A stretch of DNA of 30,201 bases from a virus (lineage: Duplodnaviria > Caudoviricetes): positions 1-30,201 of IMG/VR virus record IMGVR_UViG_3300020042_002184. One strand, written 5' to 3'. Below are positions 1-8,702 of this stretch, piece after piece. The notes under the pieces were generated by a model. The model saw nothing but the letters and a program-made list of their open reading frames with translations, was not told where the DNA came from and searched no databases. Within the stretch, counting starts at the first letter, position 1. Every line of letters begins with the position of its first letter. Position numbers and translations under genes: made by a program.

Positions 1-2
1 GT

Positions 3-77
3 GATTTTGTATTGTCGCCGGAGCAGAATACGCAGACGCCAGAGAATAACGGCAACCTGGATAGTATTGAGATATAA
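3..77 (+). CDS. 3' end of a truncated upstream virion-region gene (DFVLSPEQNTQTPENNGNLDSIEI*)
   Basis: Frame is open from the window edge to TAA 75-77, directly abutting the ATG at 78; not in the ORF track. Confidence 0.55.
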   Translation, partial: DFVLSPEQNTQTPENNGNLDSIEI

Positions 78-2084
78 ATGGCTAATGTAACGATTACCCA
101 ACTACCAGCGGCCCAGGCTCTAACCGGCACGGAGTTGGTTCCTGTTGTTCAGAACGGGCAGACGGTCCGCACGACTACCGGGGCTATCGGTGGCGGCGGC
201 GGGGGTGGCGGTGGCGTTCAGTCTGTTGATGTCTCAGGCGGCACTACGGGCCTAACGACAAGCGGCGGGCCAATTACAACGACGGGGACTATCACACTAG
301 GTGGGACGCTTAATGTTGCTAACGGTGGAACTGGTGGCCAGAACGCTCAACAGGCTCGAGCAAATGTCCTCCCGAGTTATACGGGAAATGCATCATACGT
401 TCTTCGTGTCAATGCCGGCGCTACAGATGTTGAGTGGTCCGCTTCCGGTGGTGGGGGTAGTGGAAGTGTTGTACAGGTTAATACTGGAACGGGTCTAACT
501 GGCGGCCCGATTACCACCTCCGGGACAATTGCGATTGCCACGAGTGGGGTAACGGCCGGCAATTACACAAACCCAAACTTTACTGTTAATGCGCAAGGTC
601 AGTTGACGGCCGCATCCTCTGGCTCTACTCCGGTTACGAGCGTCTCTGGCACGGCTAACGAGATCACTTCATCTGGTGGCGCCACCCCTACGCTGTCCTT
701 GCCTAGTGCGCTCACCTTTACTAGCAAGACGATCACGGGTGGCTCGTTTACTGGCGGGACGATCAACAACACGGTGATTGGTGGCACGACGCCTGTTGCC
801 GGCACATTCACCTCTATCAATGCCACGAGCGGGAACATTACTGATACACCCGTTGGCGTCAACAATATTGTCAACAAGGCGTATGCGGACGCGGTTGCAT
901 CTGGTTTGACGTTTCACCAGAACTGTGACTTGGCGACTGACGCAGCGCTGCCAACCTGTACGTACAACAACGGCAGCTCTGGTGTTGGGGCCACGCTCAC
1001 CGCCACCGCTAACGGGCTGTTAAGTGTTGACTCTGTGGATGTGGTGGTCGGAAACCGGGTATTGGTAAAGAACCAGGCAAATCAAGCGCATAACGGGATC
1101 TATTCGGTCACTCAGATTGGGGATGGTTCGACGCCATTTATTCTGACCCGAGCAGCAGACTACAACACACCTGGCTCGACGTACCTCAACGTTGACGCTG
1201 GCGACTTTATGTTGATCCTGACCGGGGCCACGAACGCCAATACATCGTGGGTTCAGACGGTCCTGCCTCCAATCACAATCGGCTCTACGGCCCTTGTCTT
1301 TGTTCAGTTTGGCTCTGGCTCGGCGATTTATTCAAACGGCACCGGGTTAAATTTATCTGGCACGAATCAATTCAGCATCGCGAATACGGGCGTATCCTCC
1401 GGCACATACGGCACTGGATCTCAGGTGCCCCAGATTGCTGTTAATGCTCAGGGGCAGGTTACCGGGGCAGTTAACACAAACATTGCGATTAGCGGCAGCC
1501 AGGTTACATCGGGGGCGGTGGCGATTGCTCAGGGTGGCACTGGCCAGACCTCGCAGGCGTCTGGATTCAATGCTCTGTCTCCGATCACTACGCTTGGCGA
1601 TCTTATTGTTGGCACCGGGTCTAATGCCGCGGGAAGGCTTGGTATTGGGTCTGCCGGACAGGTATTAACGGTTCAGAGTGGAACGGCTACCTGGGCTGCT
1701 CCAACTGGCGGCGGCGGAACTCCTGGCGGAAACCCAAATACAATTCAATATAACAATGGCGGTGTATTTGGTGGCCAGACCAACTATACGACTGACGGGA
1801 CGGATGTACAATTAGGGGCTCAAGGGGTATTTAAGTTTGCCGACCTTGATTCGAGTAATTTTGTTGGATTTAGGGCTGCCTCAACTATTCCTAGCAATGT
1901 AACCTGGACGCTTCCTACGACAGACGGGACGGCGTATCAGGTTTTGGCTACGAATGGTTCCGGCACACTTGTTTGGGTTACGCAGAGCGGCGGCGGTGGT
2001 GGCGGAGGATCTCCCAATTTGGATGGTGGGGTACCTAACTCAACCTACGGCGCGATTACACCAATTAACGGGGGGACACCGTAA
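78..2084 (+). CDS. Gly/Thr-rich phage tail fibre protein
   Basis: N-terminal ITQLPAA..LTGTELVPVVQ domain; repeated fibre modules (GLTTSGGPITTTGTITL, GLTGGPITTSGTIAI, NAQGQLT/NAQGQVT, VANGGTG/IAQGGTG); central RVLVKNQ..NGIY..LTRA.D fibre domain; poly-Gly hinges. Confidence 0.8.
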   Translation: MANVTITQLPAAQALTGTELVPVVQNGQTVRTTTGAIGGGGGGGGGVQSVDVSGGTTGLTTSGGPITTTGTITLGGTLNVANGGTGGQNAQQARANVLPSYTGNASYVLRVNAGATDVEWSASGGGGSGSVVQVNTGTGLTGGPITTSGTIAIATSGVTAGNYTNPNFTVNAQGQLTAASSGSTPVTSVSGTANEITSSGGATPTLSLPSALTFTSKTITGGSFTGGTINNTVIGGTTPVAGTFTSINATSGNITDTPVGVNNIVNKAYADAVASGLTFHQNCDLATDAALPTCTYNNGSSGVGATLTATANGLLSVDSVDVVVGNRVLVKNQANQAHNGIYSVTQIGDGSTPFILTRAADYNTPGSTYLNVDAGDFMLILTGATNANTSWVQTVLPPITIGSTALVFVQFGSGSAIYSNGTGLNLSGTNQFSIANTGVSSGTYGTGSQVPQIAVNAQGQVTGAVNTNIAISGSQVTSGAVAIAQGGTGQTSQASGFNALSPITTLGDLIVGTGSNAAGRLGIGSAGQVLTVQSGTATWAAPTGGGGTPGGNPNTIQYNNGGVFGGQTNYTTDGTDVQLGAQGVFKFADLDSSNFVGFRAASTIPSNVTWTLPTTDGTAYQVLATNGSGTLVWVTQSGGGGGGGSPNLDGGVPNSTYGAITPINGGTP

Positions 2085-3097
2085 TGCCTGTTCAGATACA
2101 ACTTAGAAACGGCACTGCATCCCAGTGGACCTCGGCCAATCCTGTTCTTTCTGGCGGTGAGCTAGGCGCGGAGACGGACACCAACAGATTCAAGATCGGC
2201 AACGGATCTACCGCCTGGAACAGCCTTGGGTACTCTCTCGGGGTGTCGTCAAGGGGTGCATACGCAGGCGGTACTCAATACTATGTAAACGATATTGTCT
2301 CGTCTAGCGGCTCAAGCTATATCTGTATCCTGAACTCAATAGGTAACGCGCCTCCGAATGCGACCTATTGGGCTCTACTTGCGCAGGTTGGCACGAACGG
2401 CACGAACGGCACAAACGGAACAAATGGCACGAACGGGACCTCGTTTACATGGCTTGGGGCGTGGTCTGCCGGCACAACTTACGTCGCCAATCAAAACGTT
2501 TCCTATAACGGCAGCAGCTATATTGCTATCGCGACGAGTACCGGGGCCAATCCCTCGAGTTCTCCTGCTTCGTGGAGCCCGCTTGCTCTGGCTGGATCGG
2601 GTAACGTAAACGGCCCAGGAAGCTCTGTAAGCGGCAACTTAGTCTCGTGGAATGGCACTGCCGGGACGACGATTGCGGATTCTGGTAAGGCGGCTCCTTC
2701 TGGCGTCATTGTTGGCACGACCGATACCCAGACGCTGACGAACAAGACGCTCACCAACCCGACGGTAACGAACTACACCGAGACCAACTTCACGGCAACG
2801 GCTACGGGCGGTGCAATTACACTGTCGTTGACGAACGGAACCTTTCAGACGATTACGACTGTCTCCGGCTCAAATGCTATTACGTTGCCTGCGCCTGCTA
2901 CTGGGAAGAGCCTGACAGTGTTTGTGGTGTACGTCACAGGTGCGAGTGCATTGACCTTCTCTTCACCTTCTGGGACCTTAAAGTATCCGGGTGGTACGCC
3001 TCCAACTGCTACTCTGGTAAATGCAAAGGTTGATATTTACGCATTCATCTCGGACGGTACGAACTGGTACGGCGTCCAATCCGGGGCAAACTTCTGA
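2084..3097 (+). CDS. Fibre protein with Mtd_N/hyaluronidase-like N-terminal domain, two CBM5/12-like repeats and a C-terminal adaptor domain
   Basis: IQLRNGTASQWTSANPVLSGGELGAETDTNRFKIGNGSTAWNSL is the Mtd N-terminal pattern; two GA(Y/W)..GT.Y..N..VS..GSSYI repeats; TQTLTNKTLT; ends DGTNWYG; TAATG overlap with the previous gene. Confidence 0.8.
   Translation: MPVQIQLRNGTASQWTSANPVLSGGELGAETDTNRFKIGNGSTAWNSLGYSLGVSSRGAYAGGTQYYVNDIVSSSGSSYICILNSIGNAPPNATYWALLAQVGTNGTNGTNGTNGTNGTSFTWLGAWSAGTTYVANQNVSYNGSSYIAIATSTGANPSSSPASWSPLALAGSGNVNGPGSSVSGNLVSWNGTAGTTIADSGKAAPSGVIVGTTDTQTLTNKTLTNPTVTNYTETNFTATATGGAITLSLTNGTFQTITTVSGSNAITLPAPATGKSLTVFVVYVTGASALTFSSPSGTLKYPGGTPPTATLVNAKVDIYAFISDGTNWYGVQSGANF
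2390..2440 (+). repeat. 9-bp tandem repeat encoding collagen-like (GTN)5
   Basis: ggcacgaac ggcacgaac ggcacaaac ggaacaaat ggcacgaac gggacc. Confidence 0.9.
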
Positions 3098-6000
3098 TGT
3101 TGTCAACTAGCAAAGCTCTATTTCGTAAGCCTGGTGGCGGTGCTGGACCGACTACTGACGCAACCTTTGCCTATGTCCCGCTGCTCTTAGAGACTGGCTC
3201 GGCGTCATCTCTGAATACGACGGTAACCGACTCCGCGCAAACACCAAACACGGTTACCCGAGTAAGCAACCCAAGCACTGGGTGGGTCTCTCCGTACCAG
3301 ACTGATGGGTATTGGGGGAATTTTTTTCCGGGCGGGGCTAGTGATACGTTAAACCTTGCCACAAACGCTATTCCTGCATCCGGTGCGTTTACTTTTGAAA
3401 CTTTTGTTTATGTGACTGGAACAGCAGCAAGTCAGGTTATCGCCGCGCAATACCCTAACGGAACTGCCTCTGGTAGATTTCAAATATTATGGAATGACAC
3501 TGCAAATAAATTTACTGTTATTCTTGGAGGCGGCTCTGTTTTTGTGTCTGATGCAACTTATTCAGCCAACACTTGGCTTTATTTGGTTGTTCAGCGTGAT
3601 GCCTCAAACGTCTGGTCAATGTACGTCAACGGTACTCGCAATACCGCAACAGCCTCAAACGCGACCGCAATTGACACAGCTGTAACTTACATCGGCAACC
3701 GAAACACTGGCGGAACTCCATACACCGGCTACATTTCTAATCTACGGGTTGTTACCTCCGCTCTGTATTCTGGCTCAACCATCAGCGTTCCGACAACGCC
3801 GTTTAGCGTAAGCACTACAAACCAAGTGCTTTTGACTTGTTACAGCAACAGGTTCATTGACGCAAATACCGCTACAACAGCAAAAGTTATTACGGTCAAC
3901 GGCACCCCCCAAGTAACCCCATACTTCTACCCTAGTGGATTCACCGCACCAGCCGCGAGTCCGGGTGCTGTTCTGTTGAATGGTTCAAATCAGTTTCTAA
4001 AGTCCACCACTGCTACTACAGCTTTTCAATTTGGTACTGCTCCATTTACTGTTGAGGGCTGGATATATCGAACCCCTAAAGCATTGCGGCAGTATATTTG
4101 CGGCGGGTCGTTTTCTGGCCCTGGGTTCCAATTAGTTATGGACTCGCCGGGGTTTTTTATTTATGGCGGTGTTACGGGAATTGGGAATTTGCCATTTTCT
4201 ACAATTACAGTTACGGAAAATGCTTGGACTCATTTTGCAGTAGTTAGAACAAACACATCCTCAAACGGGTCGGCATATTATATTAACGGCGTCCCCGCTG
4301 GAACATTCCAAATCTCATCAGACATTTCGGGAACAGCTTCATTTATAAATGTTGGAACAGCAAACGACAGCACTGCCGAGCCAACTAGCGGATACATCGG
4401 CAACTTCCGCATTGTCAAAGGGACAGCCGTCTACACAGGCGCATTCACCCCACCAAGCGGACCACTGACCCAGAACGGCGGGACGTATCCAAGCACGACA
4501 AACGTCAACACCAGCATCCCGTCAGCCAATACATCCATCCTTCTGGGGCTCGCAGACAGCAACTACCTCAGCGCAACGAACGGCGTACAGAACAACACCT
4601 TTATTGACGATAGCAACTACGCCTTCCCCATCACCCGCAACGGCACACCGACGCAGGGTTCAATCACTCCGTATTGGCCGAATGGGCAGTGGAGTAACCT
4701 TTTTGCGGCGAACGGAGACTACATAAGCGTTCCTGATGCAGCAAATCTTGAGTTGGGTAACAGCGACTTTCAGATGAGCGCTTGGGTATACTTGACCGCT
4801 TATCCAGCTAATAATGCTGGGAGTTATTCATCTTCAATCCTATCTAAAGGCACTTTTGCTGGTACAAGGAGTTATGAATTCGGCGTTGGAGGCGCTTCTG
4901 GAACGACGCTCGGATTAGGTCTTACGAATACCGGGGCCACCACCACAAATATCGCAGGTTCCTTTTCTTTTGCACTAAACACTTGGTATTCGGTACGGGC
5001 TACTAGAGTCTCTAACCGTGTTTACTTGTTTGTAAATGGAAATCTGCTTAACGCAGGCGGAACAGCATACACAGACACTGTTAGCAATGGCACTGATACA
5101 TTAAAAGTTGGCCGTTCAAACCTAGACGCGACCTATCTTTTCCAATTTTTTGGATACATTAGCAACGTAAGTCTTGCTATTGGGGGTAGCGGCTACTCTA
5201 TTGCGTCTTATACTCCGGCAACAACCCCGACGACAACCGTTACTTCTGACATCAAGTTTTTAAGCTGCCAGAGCAATCGTTTTGTTGACAACAGCAGCGT
5301 TCCAGCCACAGTTAGCATTTTTGGCGCCCCCCGCGTCCAAGCATTCCAGCCGTTCTCCCCAACGGCATCGTACACCACTGCGCTGTATGGTGGGAGCGGG
5401 TACTTTGGTGGAAGTCCAAGTTATCTATCATTTCCAGCAAATTCTGCAATGAATTTTGGAACTGGAGATTTTACCGTTGAGGCGTGGGTCTATCCAACTG
5501 CCACTCCGGGTGATGGGGCTGGACCTATTGGGGGTGCAACTTCAAATATATTATTTGCATATTCAGCCGCAGCATTTCCGGGCAAATGGGCGTTTGGAAG
5601 GAATAACGTTGCTTTTGATTTTTCTTCTTTAACTGACATTGTTTTAAATACATGGACTCATTTGGCAGTTAGCAGAAGTAGCGGCACAATAAGATTCTTT
5701 ATAAACGGAGCCTTGACAAATTCTGCGTCAAACTCTAACTCATACATTTTAACTGGCGGCGGGAATATCGGTTTTAATGGAGCAAGCAGCTATTTTACGG
5801 GTTACATGAGCCAAATTCGTGCTGTTGGAACCGCAGTCTACACCGGAGCCTTCACCCCACCCACGCTCGCACCGTTAGCCACGACAGGACCAGCGAGCGC
5901 AGCAAGCTACTCAAGCACCACCAACGTCAACACGACCTTCCTAACACCGGCCACTCTCCTGCTCAACATGGCCAACGCAGCGATTTACGACGCCGCCGTG

Positions 6001-6558
6001 CAGAACGATATTACGACTGTTGGGGATGCTAAGACCGACACCACAATTAAACAGTGGCCGCTAAGTAGTGTGAAGTTTGATGGTTCGGGGGATTATCTTA
6101 ATGTCAGCGCAGGGTCTCCGCAAAGTTTAACTTTTGGAACCGGCGATTTTACAATTGAGTTTTGGGTTTACTTTAACAGCAACACTGGGTTCCAAACTTT
6201 ATATGACGGAAGGGCGGCGGCGGGTATATACCCATTGCTTTATCTTAACAGCGGAGTCATAAATTATTATGTTGGATCAAGCGTTGCAATTACTAGCGTT
6301 CAACCCCCGACAGGTGTTTGGATTTTTATGTCTTTGATTAGAAGCAGCGGCACCACGCGGTTTTTTATTAACGGTACTCAATCTGGTGGAAATTACCCTG
6401 ACTCTAACAACTACTTGGCACCTCCAACATCTGGAGCAAGAGTTGGAGCAAACTTTTCAGGTAGCGATTTTTTGTCCGGTTATATTCAAGATTTCCGAGT
6501 TACTAAAGCCGCTCGTGCCGCCACGCCTATCCCGACCGCAGAATTCCCAACGAGGTAA
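3097..6558 (+). CDS. Multi-LamG (concanavalin A-like lectin) adhesin/receptor-binding protein with five domains
   Basis: Five repeats of the (G)xxDFT(V/I)ExW(V/I)Y ... W.H.A..R ... GYI.N.R pattern; TGATG overlap with the previous gene. Confidence 0.85.
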   Translation: MLSTSKALFRKPGGGAGPTTDATFAYVPLLLETGSASSLNTTVTDSAQTPNTVTRVSNPSTGWVSPYQTDGYWGNFFPGGASDTLNLATNAIPASGAFTFETFVYVTGTAASQVIAAQYPNGTASGRFQILWNDTANKFTVILGGGSVFVSDATYSANTWLYLVVQRDASNVWSMYVNGTRNTATASNATAIDTAVTYIGNRNTGGTPYTGYISNLRVVTSALYSGSTISVPTTPFSVSTTNQVLLTCYSNRFIDANTATTAKVITVNGTPQVTPYFYPSGFTAPAASPGAVLLNGSNQFLKSTTATTAFQFGTAPFTVEGWIYRTPKALRQYICGGSFSGPGFQLVMDSPGFFIYGGVTGIGNLPFSTITVTENAWTHFAVVRTNTSSNGSAYYINGVPAGTFQISSDISGTASFINVGTANDSTAEPTSGYIGNFRIVKGTAVYTGAFTPPSGPLTQNGGTYPSTTNVNTSIPSANTSILLGLADSNYLSATNGVQNNTFIDDSNYAFPITRNGTPTQGSITPYWPNGQWSNLFAANGDYISVPDAANLELGNSDFQMSAWVYLTAYPANNAGSYSSSILSKGTFAGTRSYEFGVGGASGTTLGLGLTNTGATTTNIAGSFSFALNTWYSVRATRVSNRVYLFVNGNLLNAGGTAYTDTVSNGTDTLKVGRSNLDATYLFQFFGYISNVSLAIGGSGYSIASYTPATTPTTTVTSDIKFLSCQSNRFVDNSSVPATVSIFGAPRVQAFQPFSPTASYTTALYGGSGYFGGSPSYLSFPANSAMNFGTGDFTVEAWVYPTATPGDGAGPIGGATSNILFAYSAAAFPGKWAFGRNNVAFDFSSLTDIVLNTWTHLAVSRSSGTIRFFINGALTNSASNSNSYILTGGGNIGFNGASSYFTGYMSQIRAVGTAVYTGAFTPPTLAPLATTGPASAASYSSTTNVNTTFLTPATLLLNMANAAIYDAAVQNDITTVGDAKTDTTIKQWPLSSVKFDGSGDYLNVSAGSPQSLTFGTGDFTIEFWVYFNSNTGFQTLYDGRAAAGIYPLLYLNSGVINYYVGSSVAITSVQPPTGVWIFMSLIRSSGTTRFFINGTQSGGNYPDSNNYLAPPTSGARVGANFSGSDFLSGYIQDFRVTKAARAATPIPTAEFPTR

Positions 6559-6560
6559 CC

Positions 6561-7007
6561 ATGCAAATTGCTAACCAAGACCTCATCATCAAAGACCACA
6601 CTGAGTGGTTCCCCAACACCTCCTTCGGTGAGCGTGGGCCGTCTGTGGATTGGATCAAGTCCGAGGGCTACTACATCATCTCGGCATGGAAGGACCACGA
6701 CCACGCAACAGAGAAGCTAGTCCCGGCCAACCCGCATTTGTTTGACGGTATGTGCTGCATTGTTGACGTAGAGCCACTGACCCAAGAGGAGCTTGACCAG
6801 CGCGTAGTAACACAATGGCAAGTGATTCGTACTCAACGCAATCAAATGCTTAAAGACAGCGACTGGACTCAGGTGGCGGATGCTCCTGTTGACAAGGCAG
6901 TGTGGGCAACGTACCGCCAGGCTCTGCGAGATGTTACTACCCAAGCCGATCCGTTTAACATTGTTTGGCCTTCACTAAATTTAGCGGAACCAGAAGATGC
7001 CAGTTAA
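6561..7007 (+). CDS. Tail fibre assembly chaperone
   Basis: C-terminal WQVIRTQRNQMLKDSDWTQVADAPVDKAVWATYRQALRD..WP motif; GAGG RBS; directly follows the adhesin. Confidence 0.85.
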   Translation: MQIANQDLIIKDHTEWFPNTSFGERGPSVDWIKSEGYYIISAWKDHDHATEKLVPANPHLFDGMCCIVDVEPLTQEELDQRVVTQWQVIRTQRNQMLKDSDWTQVADAPVDKAVWATYRQALRDVTTQADPFNIVWPSLNLAEPEDAS

Positions 7008-7896
7008 TCTATCGCCCGTAGCGGGAGCAGCGCAGCAGTTCTTCAGCAACAGCGGAGTACCGCTTTCTGGAGGGTTGTTGTACACCTACGCGGCTGGCAC
7101 AACCACGCCGTTGGCTACCTACACAAGCGCCTCTGGTGCAACTGCTAACAGCAATCCAATTGTGCTGAACTCAGCAGGGCGGCTAGATAACGAAGTTTGG
7201 CTAACGTCTTCGTTGGCGTACAAATTTATTCTTAAAGATTCTAGCGACGTCACCATTGCAACCTACGATGACATCCCTGGGATTGGCAGCGTCAGCGGCC
7301 TGACCAGCGGCACATCGATCCTGTACGGAAACGGCAGCGGTGGGTTTAGTAACGTAGTGGTTGGGTCTAATCTAAGTTTTGTTGGTGGTACGTTGTCTGC
7401 CACTGCGGGCGGGTCTGGAACTGTGTCAGTTGGTCTATCAGCACCTAATACATTTACTGTTACGGGCAGTCCAGTCACCGGTTCAGGCACTTTAACCCTA
7501 ACGTATTCTGGAATTCCTTTAGGTATTAACTACGGCGGTACTGGCGTTGATTCACTACCGCGCGATTCAGTTTTACTTGGAAACAGTGACGATCCGATTA
7601 AATATGTTGCACCAGGCACGACGGGCAACGTATTGACCAGCAACGGTGTTACTTGGTCAAGTTCACCCCCAACAATCCCAACAACTGCGTTGGCTGTTGG
7701 GACGTATTGTGCGGCTCAACCTTTGTCATTGCCCTCTGGCGCTTTAACTCCAGGCGTAGATGTTTCAGGATCACTTTTGTTTCCCGCAGGTAGCTTTAAT
7801 CTTTCAACACCTTCTATTACCCTTCCGGGTACTTGGCGTTGTATGGGCTATTGCGATAACTTAACAAGCATGACCTTGTTTCTTAGAATTGCTTAA
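6997..7896 (+). CDS. Tail fibre/spike with a P22-tailspike-like head-binding N-terminus
   Basis: QFFSNSGVPLSGGLLYTYAAGTTTPLATYT..NPIVLNSAGR N-terminus; fibre modules SPVTGSGTL and GNVLTSNG; C-terminal GTWRCMG knob motif. Confidence 0.75.
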   Translation: MPVNLSPVAGAAQQFFSNSGVPLSGGLLYTYAAGTTTPLATYTSASGATANSNPIVLNSAGRLDNEVWLTSSLAYKFILKDSSDVTIATYDDIPGIGSVSGLTSGTSILYGNGSGGFSNVVVGSNLSFVGGTLSATAGGSGTVSVGLSAPNTFTVTGSPVTGSGTLTLTYSGIPLGINYGGTGVDSLPRDSVLLGNSDDPIKYVAPGTTGNVLTSNGVTWSSSPPTIPTTALAVGTYCAAQPLSLPSGALTPGVDVSGSLLFPAGSFNLSTPSITLPGTWRCMGYCDNLTSMTLFLRIA

Positions 7897-7902
7897 TGTA
7901 GT

Positions 7903-7946
7903 ATCACCGTACCGGCGCGGATCACCGGGGAATCTCAGGATTCAAA
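7903..7946 (+). promoter_or_regulatory. Structured leader of the scaffold gene with the SD inside a hairpin
   Basis: GAATC-TCAG-GATTC (7930-7943) contains AGGA; upstream CCGG..CCGG stem; ATCACCG direct repeat at 7903 and 7921. Confidence 0.45.
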
Positions 7947-8684
7947 ATGTCCGAAGAAGTAGTAGCGATTGAAGCGGAAGTAGCGCCCGCGCCGGAACTG
8001 GAAGCCACGGCGGCCCCGGAACCTGTAGATACGCCGGAAGTTGCGCCCAAGACATTCTCGCAAGAGGAACTTGATGCAGCAATCCAGAAACGTCTCGCAA
8101 GAGAACAGCGAAAGTGGGAGCGTGAGCGTCAAGCACCACCGCCCGTTGCCGTTGATGTCCCGCCAGCAGATCAGTTTGATTCGGTTGATGCTTACGCAGA
8201 AGCCAAAGCAATCCAGCTAATCGCACAACGGGACCAGCAAAAGCAACAGACGGAGATTCTTGAGGCATATCACGAACGTGAAGAAGAGGCTCGGACCAAA
8301 TACGATGACTTTGAACAAGTCGCGTACAACCCAACTCTCAAAATCACGACTGTGATGGCGCAAGCGATTCAAGCCTCTGATGCTGGCCCTGATGTAGCTT
8401 ATTACCTCGGGTCCAATCCAAAAGAGACAGATCGCATTTCTCGTCTTAGCCCAATCTTGCAAGCAAAGGAAATTGGACGCATTGAGGCTAAAATAGCCAA
8501 CGATGTGCCAGTCAAACGTACTACGTCCGCGCCCGCACCGATTAGTCCAGTAAACGCCAGAACTTCAGGCAATCCAAGTTATGATACGACCGATCCTCGG
8601 TCAACAAAAACCATGACTGCATCGGAATGGATTGAAGCAGAAAGGCTGCGCCAGACTAAAAAGTGGCAAGCTCAGAATCGCTAA
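7947..8684 (+). CDS. Capsid scaffolding protein
   Basis: Acidic Pro-rich N-terminus, KTFSQEELDAAIQKRLAREQRK coiled coil, GPDVAYYLGSNP..EIGRIEA motif; immediately upstream of the capsid gene. Confidence 0.85.
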   Translation: MSEEVVAIEAEVAPAPELEATAAPEPVDTPEVAPKTFSQEELDAAIQKRLAREQRKWERERQAPPPVAVDVPPADQFDSVDAYAEAKAIQLIAQRDQQKQQTEILEAYHEREEEARTKYDDFEQVAYNPTLKITTVMAQAIQASDAGPDVAYYLGSNPKETDRISRLSPILQAKEIGRIEAKIANDVPVKRTTSAPAPISPVNARTSGNPSYDTTDPRSTKTMTASEWIEAERLRQTKKWQAQNR

Positions 8685-8702
8685 CTTCTTTTAGGAATTA
8701 CC

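Noticed and set aside
189-216. GGC/GGT runs here and near 1990-2010 as G-quadruplex or phase-variation tracts
   Set aside because: Explained as poly-Gly hinges with mixed codons
2084-6558. Diversity-generating retroelement, suggested by the Mtd_N domain
   Set aside because: No reverse transcriptase, no Avd and no TR/VR pair differing only at adenines in the window; Mtd_N is only the anchor domain
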